Of a DNA stretch of 10,730 bases, positions 1-5,930 are shown in pieces. The notes under the pieces were generated by a model that saw only the letters and a program-made list of their open reading frames with translations, did no database searches and was not told where the DNA came from. Source of the stretch: an uncultured bacterium (GTDB lineage: Bacteria; Lernaellota; Lernaellaia; Lernaellales; Lernaellaceae); the NCBI GenBank assembly GCA_964534375.1, contig CAZHPN010000194.1, forward strand, positions 1 through 10,730, written 5' to 3'. Both the position numbers and the translations under genes were made by a program. Positions within the stretch are counted from its first letter, which is position 1, and every line of letters begins with the position of its first letter.

Positions 1-112
1 TTCTACCCTGTTTTCCCGGGGGGAAGGTGTCTCATTCACGTTGGCACAGAGGGCGGGCGCCGGCGGACCAGGCGCGAGTTAAGTCGTGTGTCGGAGTTCT
101 CCCGGACAGCCC

Positions 113-173
113 CCGCGGCGCGGAGGGGCGGGAAATTTCGGGCGCCGAAATTTCCGGGGTCGGGTCTGCGCGA
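113..173 (+). repeat. REP-like hairpin module, copy A (others at 5325-5393 minus and 5565-5629 plus)
   Basis: 52/61 identical by hand to the reverse complement of 5325-5385. Contains a perfect 11-bp stem GGAAATTTCGG-gcg-CCGAAATTTCC (131-155). Confidence 0.85.
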
Positions 174-248
174 TCGGAAACGAGCGCAAGTCGGCGCTTT
201 CTGGAGTGCTGCGAGTCTTATTCCAGCGCCCATCCCCCCGCGGCCGCC

Positions 249-281
249 GGCGCGGGCAAGAATCCGCGCCAGTTTTTCTTT
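249..281 (+). terminator. Possible rho-independent terminator
   Basis: GGCGCGG (249-255) pairs with CCGCGCC (264-270), followed by AGTTTTTCTTT. Confidence 0.4.
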
Positions 282-488
282 GCCGCCAGCGTCTTGTTCG
301 GCCGGACCGGCGGACGCATGTTAGCAACGGCGGCGGCCGAATTCCGCGCCGGCGGCGGCGCCGGTTTTCCGGCGCCGCGGGAGGCGCGGCGAGGGCGTTG
401 TTTTTTCGAAAAAAGACGGTTGCGGCGGGGAGAGCCTTTTGGTACATAACACCGACGTTCGAGGGGTCAACGACCAGGGGAACCCGCG

Positions 489-803
489 ATGAAGAAATCC
501 GATCTGGGGAAATTTCACGTTTGTTCGCACTGCGGCGCGAAGTTTTTCGATTTGAAAAAACAGCGCCCGGCTTGTCCGCGGTGCGGCGTTATCGATGCGC
601 CGAAAACGGCGGGCCGCCGCGACGAGCCGGCGCCGCCGCCGCCGCCCCGGCCGGCGCGCAAAGAGGAAATCATCGAGGACATCCCCGGCTTGGATGACTT
701 CGAGGGCGAGTTCGACGGCGAGTTCGAAGCCGAATTGGACGGCGACTTCACCAGCGTCACCGTGGCCGACGAGGAATTTGGCGACGAAGAGGAAGAAATC
801 TAG
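489..803 (+). CDS. FYDLN acid domain protein (TIGR02300-like), 104 aa
   Basis: LGKxxxCxxCGAKFFDL...CPRCG zinc-ribbon motif, then a Pro-rich linker and a very acidic D/E tail; GGGGA upstream of the ATG. Confidence 0.9.
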   Translation: MKKSDLGKFHVCSHCGAKFFDLKKQRPACPRCGVIDAPKTAGRRDEPAPPPPPRPARKEEIIEDIPGLDDFEGEFDGEFEAELDGDFTSVTVADEEFGDEEEEI

Positions 804-816
804 CGGCGCCGGTCCG

Positions 817-3123
817 CTAGCGGCCCGGGAAAATCGTCTGGAATAGGTGCGTCAGGTTGACCGTGTGCAGGAAGTCCATGCGGCCGCCCTGCATTTCGGC
901 GCCGAACAACTCCGTGGAAATCAGGCGGTCTCCGTAATACGTAAACTCGCACAGCACCGTCGACGCCGGCCCGCCCGTCGCGGCGCCCGCCGTCGGGTTG
1001 CCCAGACCGTACGCGATCAGGCGCCCGGCGCGCCACTCGATCGGCTGCGGCGGCTGGTCATCGACCACGATGACCGCAACCGCGCCCGCGGCCGCCAGCG
1101 CCCGCGCGGCGGCGACCGGCCGTTCGCCGCGCCCGGCGTACAGATAGACGAACACGTTGGCGCCGCTGCGGGCGGCGTCCGCCACGCGCTTTTCGGCGGC
1201 GGCCTGCGACCAGCGGTCGCCGCGGGCGTCTTCCGCCAGCACGGCGAACGGGAGGCCGCGCAGGGAAAAAGCCGCGCTCGTGCGCTCGTCGGCGCGCGCC
1301 GGCTGAACGCCGTGCGCGGCGAGGCGCCGGCCGCTTTCGTCCCAGGCCGCCACGGCGTCGGCCGGGGCCGGGAAGGCGACGCCGCCGACGCCGAGATCGT
1401 CCAGCGCGTTGAGCCAGCGGGCGTCCGTGCAGGTCGGCGAACCGGCCGCGCAATTTTCGGCGAACGGCGCGGCGGCCGCGATCATCGACAGGTCCGACGA
1501 TTGAAGCAGCGAGGCGATCTTGTAAAGCGGCTTGGTGACGGGGTCCACCTCGGTGTCGCCCTTCACGGCCGCCGGGATCTCGCGCGGCAGAATCTGCGCG
1601 GCGAGCGTGATGCGGCGCAACTCGTGCGGCTCGAACGACAGCGCCGGCGGCGGCTCCTGCGGCGCCGCCACCGGGATCAGCAGCGGGTAATTGTTGAAGT
1701 AGTTTTTCAGCGCCGGACCGCCGCGGCGCGCGCAGTCGCGAATGTACGGAATCGCCGGATTTTCGCCGTCGATCGACAGCACGCGCAGACCGGCGGGCAC
1801 ATCGCCGAACGGGATCAACGCCAGCGTCAGCGGGCGCTCGGTCAGCCGCTGCTGCACCGCCGCCAAGCCGGGCAGGACTTCGACGCGGCCCAGGCGTTCC
1901 AACGCGAAAATGTCCGGCAGCCAGCGGTCGAGCGGCGGCACGGTGACGATTTCCATCGGCGCATCGACGCCCGTCATTTCGCGCCAGCTCGTCAGGGAGC
2001 CGGTGATGGCGTTCTTCAGCCGCGCGGAAAAGAGGCCCTCGACCGGGTTGCGCGGGCTGGTCACGCAGGCCACGAGCAAGCGGTATTCGCTGCCCTTGAC
2101 GTTCTCCGCGCCGGGCGGCAGCGACACCAACAGCTTGTTCAAATCGCTGGGCGCGGTGGGCGAGGCCTGGTCGTCGATCGCGCGGCGAATATTCAAATGA
2201 TAGAGATGGCCCAGTTCCCGCCGGGCCAGATCGAGGCCGGCCAACTTGATCAACGTCGGCTTGTTCCGGAGCAGGAATTTCATCTTGACCGACGGTTTTT
2301 CCAGAAAGTGGCGGCTGTCGGCCACATACTGCGTCAGCCAATCGACGTTTCGCCCCGGCGCGCGGGACACGAGCATCTGCGTGCCCCACAGCACGCGGTC
2401 GTAATACTTCTCGATGAACGCGCGATATTCCTTCACCTGCCGGGAGATGGTCTCGCACGCGTGCGCTTTCTGCTCGTCGCCGGCGAAGGAAAAATCGAGG
2501 TATAGATTGCGCCGCCGCTGCATGATCAGGCCCAGCGCCGGCAGGTCGTCGACCAGGCCCAGCAGGCGCCCGCCGATGAACGTCAGGCTCGGGTATTCGC
2601 GCACCACATTCTCAAACTCGGCCCCGTAGGCGCGGAGATCGACGTCCACCAGAATCGGAATGTGGCGGATGTCGCACCACGCATAGAGCGCGTGCAGCCG
2701 CGGATCGTCGAGCGAACAGCGCCGCTGATTCGGCAGGCCGTTCGCCAGGTAGAAACCCTTCGCGCCGTTCTCGAACGCCTTGGCCGCGGTTTGCAGCAGC
2801 GCCGGTTCGTCGCCGCGGAGCAGCGGAAACACCCAAATCTTGTTGCCGACCCGCGACAGGGCGTCGAGCAGCACCTGATTGTTCAATTCCGCCGAATTCC
2901 AGTCGGTCGGTTCGTTCGGGTTGAACGTGGAATTGTACGCGCCGACCAGCACGGTTTTGGCGACGTCCTCCTTTTCGAGCGACTGCAGCAGGTCGCCGCC
3001 CTTGAAGAACTCGGACAGGTGCTCGCGCGACGAATACACGTCTTTTTCGTCGTATAACCCCGAGCCGCAGCCGCCGGCGGCGAGAACCGCGAGGGCAACC
3101 AGCAATATTCCAAGGCATTTCAA
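817..3123 (-). CDS. Putative lipoprotein: amidohydrolase_2-like + PstS/PBP-like + CapA (PGA_cap)-like domains, ~768 aa
   Basis: Probable TTG start at 3123 gives MKCLGILLVALAVLAAGGC (signal peptide + Cys), with GAAGG upstream. Amidohydrolase-like segments: DDPRLHALYAWC..IPILV, NLYLDFS, DRVLWGT. PstS-like segments: TSPRNPV..AITGSLTSWREMTG, LRVLSIDGENP. CapA-like end: ARALAAAGA..QPIEWRAGRLIAYGLGN. The start codon is inferred. Confidence 0.8.
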   Translation of the reverse strand: MKCLGILLVALAVLAAGGCGSGLYDEKDVYSSREHLSEFFKGGDLLQSLEKEDVAKTVLVGAYNSTFNPNEPTDWNSAELNNQVLLDALSRVGNKIWVFPLLRGDEPALLQTAAKAFENGAKGFYLANGLPNQRRCSLDDPRLHALYAWCDIRHIPILVDVDLRAYGAEFENVVREYPSLTFIGGRLLGLVDDLPALGLIMQRRRNLYLDFSFAGDEQKAHACETISRQVKEYRAFIEKYYDRVLWGTQMLVSRAPGRNVDWLTQYVADSRHFLEKPSVKMKFLLRNKPTLIKLAGLDLARRELGHLYHLNIRRAIDDQASPTAPSDLNKLLVSLPPGAENVKGSEYRLLVACVTSPRNPVEGLFSARLKNAITGSLTSWREMTGVDAPMEIVTVPPLDRWLPDIFALERLGRVEVLPGLAAVQQRLTERPLTLALIPFGDVPAGLRVLSIDGENPAIPYIRDCARRGGPALKNYFNNYPLLIPVAAPQEPPPALSFEPHELRRITLAAQILPREIPAAVKGDTEVDPVTKPLYKIASLLQSSDLSMIAAAAPFAENCAAGSPTCTDARWLNALDDLGVGGVAFPAPADAVAAWDESGRRLAAHGVQPARADERTSAAFSLRGLPFAVLAEDARGDRWSQAAAEKRVADAARSGANVFVYLYAGRGERPVAAARALAAAGAVAVIVVDDQPPQPIEWRAGRLIAYGLGNPTAGAATGGPASTVLCEFTYYGDRLISTELFGAEMQGGRMDFLHTVNLTHLFQTIFPGR

Positions 3124-3202
3124 AATCTTGAAACCTTCATGTCCGGAGATTGACGAAGCGAAATTGTACCGGGGTTGCCGGGCGAGGTCAAACCGGGCCG
3201 CA

Positions 3203-3547
3203 ATTGACCCGCGCCCGTTGGCGAGATCCGCCTTTGAACCCCACACTGTACATGGCCAAGAAAACGGCTCCGTCATCTGACGACCCGCACGGCATTCGAA
3301 CGCTGCCCGGAAGAGCGCGGATTCCGCTAATAGCGCAAAAGCAAAGGTGTTTTTCGGATTGACATGGAACGGGAACCTGCTCCGCAAAAGCGGTGCGCCG
3401 GGCAGCGATGCACTGCTCTGTATATTTCTCCGGTAATTTCCTTAACGAAAAAAAAGTATAGGAAAAGGCGGAAGAGTGAACAGTTCATTACATAGGCAGT
3501 TGCCCGTTGGCAGTCGCCAGTTGCCGGCCCGTTGGGACGCCGGCCTC
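3203..3547. repeat. Long intergenic direct repeat, copy 1
   Basis: 3233-3499 aligns without gaps to 4994-5260 (offset 1761; 203/267 by hand), including identical blocks of 24 nt (3301-3324) and 28 nt (3437-3464). Weaker similarity extends to about 3203 and 3547. Confidence 0.9.
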
Positions 3548-3575
3548 TTCGCGGCGGCGCTTTCTTGTTTTTTTT
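3538..3575 (+). terminator. Possible rho-independent terminator/attenuator upstream of the propeller gene
   Basis: Imperfect GC stem CGCCGGCC-tcttcgc-GGCGGCG followed by the T-rich tract CTTTCTTGTTTTTTTT. Confidence 0.4.
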
Positions 3576-3671
3576 CGCCGACTCCGCTACGCTTCCGGCC
3601 ACTGGGACTGCGTTTCGCATAGGTTTCGCAAACGCCCGGCGAGACGCCGAGTTGCGAGGTCGGAGGTCTGG

Positions 3672-4826
3672 ATGAACCGTCGCTATGATTGGCTGAAATC
3701 CGCGCGCCGCGCCGTCGCGGCGCTGATCGCCTTTGCTTTCGTGTTTTGCGGCGCGTGCGCGCCGCAGCACAGCGCCGGCGACAAGGACGTGTCGCACACG
3801 GGCGATGACGACAACGACTCATCGCCGGGGGCCGCCGACGACGACAACGACTCATCGCCGGGGGCCGCCGACGACGACAACGACTCCTCGCCGGGCGACG
3901 ACGACGACAATGACAACGACGACAATGATGATGATTTTGTTTGGACGCCGATGAACGGCGATTTTCCATTCCTTTTGAACGTGTGGGGAACCTCGCACTG
4001 GGATGTGTTCGCCGTGGGCCTTGGCAATGTTATTCACTTCGACGGCGCTTCTTGGTCGTCAATGAATTGCGCAGCGCCGGGATGCGCGGCAGGAGCCGTC
4101 TGGGGCTCGTCGCCGTCGGACGTTTTCGCCGTAGGCGGCGCCATTCTGCATTACGACGGCTCATCGTGGTCGCTGATGAACGCTCGAATAGGGGCAGTAA
4201 CCTTGGGTGGCGCCTGGGGCTCGTCGTCGAGCGACGTCTTTGCGGCCGGCTACTATACGAGCGTGCCGTACTCGTATGGGGAGATAGTGCATTACGATGG
4301 GATCGTGTGGTCGTTTTCCGCGCTGACCGCTCCGGCAATAGGCCCTGTTTGGGGAACTTCAGCTTCCGACGTGTTCGTCGGCGGCGCGGCTTCAGGCGGC
4401 GACGTCGGCCCGATTCTGCATTTCGACGGGTGGATCTGGATGCCGATGAAGGGCCCGACCGGGAATCAGATATATGGCCTCTGGGGCACATCGCATTCCG
4501 ACATTTTTGCGGTCGGCGGCGACGAGACGGCCAATTCGGTTATCCTGCACTACGACGGCTCGACGTGGTCGGCGATGAATGCAGCGATAACCGTGCCCTT
4601 AGGGGGCGTTTGGGGCACGGCGCCCAGCGACGTGTTCGCGGTTGGCGGCGACGTCTTCAGCCCCGGTGTCATTTTGCATTATGACGGCTCTTTATGGTCC
4701 GCAATGAATGGTGGACCATTTCCCGATTTTACCGGCGTCTGGGCATCCGGGCCGGGGGATGTTTTTGCGGTCGGTTACGATCAAACCGACGCGGGCGCAA
4801 TTTACCACTACGGCCCCCCGCAATGA
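3672..4826 (+). CDS. Secreted/lipo-protein with Asp-rich linker and 7-repeat beta-propeller, 384 aa
   Basis: GGAGG RBS at 3662-3666 and ATG at 3672. Basic then hydrophobic N-terminus ending FVFCGAC. DDDNDSSPGAA repeats follow, then seven repeats of the form (V/L/A)WGxSxSDVFAVG..ILHYDGxxWSxM. Confidence 0.88.
   Translation: MNRRYDWLKSARRAVAALIAFAFVFCGACAPQHSAGDKDVSHTGDDDNDSSPGAADDDNDSSPGAADDDNDSSPGDDDDNDNDDNDDDFVWTPMNGDFPFLLNVWGTSHWDVFAVGLGNVIHFDGASWSSMNCAAPGCAAGAVWGSSPSDVFAVGGAILHYDGSSWSLMNARIGAVTLGGAWGSSSSDVFAAGYYTSVPYSYGEIVHYDGIVWSFSALTAPAIGPVWGTSASDVFVGGAASGGDVGPILHFDGWIWMPMKGPTGNQIYGLWGTSHSDIFAVGGDETANSVILHYDGSTWSAMNAAITVPLGGVWGTAPSDVFAVGGDVFSPGVILHYDGSLWSAMNGGPFPDFTGVWASGPGDVFAVGYDQTDAGAIYHYGPPQ
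3804..3935 (+). repeat. In-frame 33-bp tandem repeat (about 2.8 copies) plus a GAC/AAC/GAT run
   Basis: Units 3804-3836, 3837-3869 and partial 3870-3896 encode DDDNDSSPG(AA); then DDDDNDNDDNDDD. Confidence 0.92.
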
Positions 4827-4967
4827 CCGGGGATCTGGAGTGATCCTTCCCCACGGCCCGCCCAACTGACGGCGGCGCGGTTCCCGATCGATTTCGCGAA
4901 ACAATCTTGGACACCATTGAGGCCGCGCGCGCGTCGGCCGAAACGAATGCCGCGTTCGCGCCCCCCG

Positions 4968-5706
4968 ATTGCCCCTCGCCGGCGGGATCGTCGTTCGAAC
5001 CCTGCACTGTACACGGCCAAAAAACGGGCTCTGATACACGATGACCCGCACGGCCGTCGGCCGCTGCCCGGAAGAGCGCGGATTCGCCAAAGATACCGAA
5101 AGTACATCGCTTTTTCGGAGCGGCTTGGAACTGAGATCTGTTCCGTAAGGGCGGCCGGCCGGGCAACCATGTACTGTTGTGCACATTTCTCCGGTAGTTT
5201 CCTTAACGAAAAAAAAGTATAGGAATAACCGGAAGAGTGTACCGTACACTACACGGGCAGGCGGCGACGGACCGCGGGCAGTGGCCGAGCCTCTTGCATA
5301 AATACCGGTTCAATGTGCGACTCGTCGCGCAGACCCCTCCCCGAAAATTTCGGTTCCCGAAATTTTCCGCACCTCCCCGACGCGGAGAGTGGCCACGGGG
5401 AGGATGTGCAGTCGGCGTCCGGTCAGCAAATAATCTCGCATAGCCCTCGAATTCCCTTTCGCACATGAAAGAAGTGATTCTTGCAAGAAATTCAGAAGGC
5501 GGAAGGCGAATTCGCGGGCTGTGCAGCGGCTCTTCGAATCCCGGGTCCGCGAAGGCGTCCGCTCGCCCCTCTCCGTGGCGGGGAGGGGCGCGGCCACGCT
5601 GTGCGTGGCCGGGGGAGGGGTCCGCGCGAAATGCGGATTATCGAACTGCCATTTTTGCAAGAACCTCGGCCAGTGGTCAGTGGTCGGCTCGGTCCGACGC
5701 AGCCTC
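4968..5706. repeat. Long intergenic direct repeat, copy 2 (interrupted by a MITE-like element at 5287-5667)
   Basis: Core 4994-5260 matches 3233-3499. Similarity resumes after the insert: 5676-5700 vs 3516-3540 is 18/25. Confidence 0.85.
5287..5667. mobile_element. MITE-like non-autonomous element, 381 bp
   Basis: Terminal inverted repeats GAGCCTCTTGCATAAAT (5287-5303) and ATTTTTGCAAGAACCTC (5651-5667), 14/17 match. GGCC lies on both flanks (5283-5286, 5668-5671). Removing the element and one GGCC restores a 7-nt array (ggcagtg gccagtg gtcagtg). No credible ORF inside. Confidence 0.72.
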
Positions 5707-5848
5707 GACCAGCAAGCGCCTGAAAAAGGCGCTGCTGCCGCCGGGCGAAACGGCGGCGGATACGCCGGACCGTCGAATTATTTTAACAATGGCGGCCTCG
5801 TTCCCGAAACCGGTCGGTCCTGTCAAAAAAACCGCGGCGGGGTCGCAG

Positions 5849-5889
5849 TTTCGCGTTGACAGAAAACGCGAAATGGTTATCTTTCGCGT
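5849..5889 (+). promoter_or_regulatory. Sigma70-type promoter of dnaK with overlapping inverted repeat
   Basis: TTGACA (5856-5861), 16 nt, TATCTT (5878-5883). TTTCGCGTT-N7-AACGCGAAA (5849-5873) overlaps the -35 box. A third half-site TTTCGCGT lies at 5882-5889. Confidence 0.65.
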
Positions 5890-5930
5890 GGCAAGTCTCT
5901 GAGGAAGCCTGTGAAAGGAGCAATCAAGCT

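Noticed and set aside
190..213. CIRCE-like GAGTGCT half-site
   Set aside because: There is no matching TTAGCACTC arm at 9-nt spacing, and it is not upstream of a chaperone gene.
27..449. ORFs in the first 450 bp
   Set aside because: Low-complexity translations across hairpins and the repeat module, with no RBS or motif support.
847..2505. Long overlapping ORFs (847-2505 plus, 1058-2458 minus; also 5877-6587, 6588-7859, 7982-9166, 9452-10303 minus and 10097-10645 plus)
   Set aside because: Shadow frames of real high-GC genes, mostly Arg/Ala/Pro-rich, with no recognisable motifs.
3124..3387. N-terminal extension of the 856-aa ORF
   Set aside because: It runs through the non-coding repeat. 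The signal peptide only makes sense from about 3123.
3507..3671. Upstream extension of the 439-aa ORF
   Set aside because: ATG 3672 has a clear GGAGG and starts the signal peptide.
3804..3896. CRISPR-like array
   Set aside because: The units are contiguous with no unique spacers and lie in frame in a CDS. No cas genes are present.
3327..5249. Small paralogous ORFs inside the repeats (LFRLFLYFFFVKE.. on minus; NPxLYxAKK.. on plus)
   Set aside because: Stop positions differ between copies and many changes are non-synonymous. The peptide similarity follows from the DNA similarity. A very short peptide cannot be fully excluded.
3233..5260. Direct-repeat pair as a DGR template/variable repeat
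   Set aside because: Mismatches involve all bases (many C/T and G/C) rather than adenines only. Neither copy is at the 3' end of a CDS, and there is no reverse transcriptase in the window.
3203..5706. Integron cassette with attC sites
   Set aside because: The repeats are far longer than attC sites, I could not find paired RYYYAAC/GTTRRRY ends, and there is no integrase.
5856..5930. TTG start for dnaK at 5856
   Set aside because: That TTG is part of the -35 box. The canonical [11 protein letters not shown] begins at 5931 after AAGGAG.
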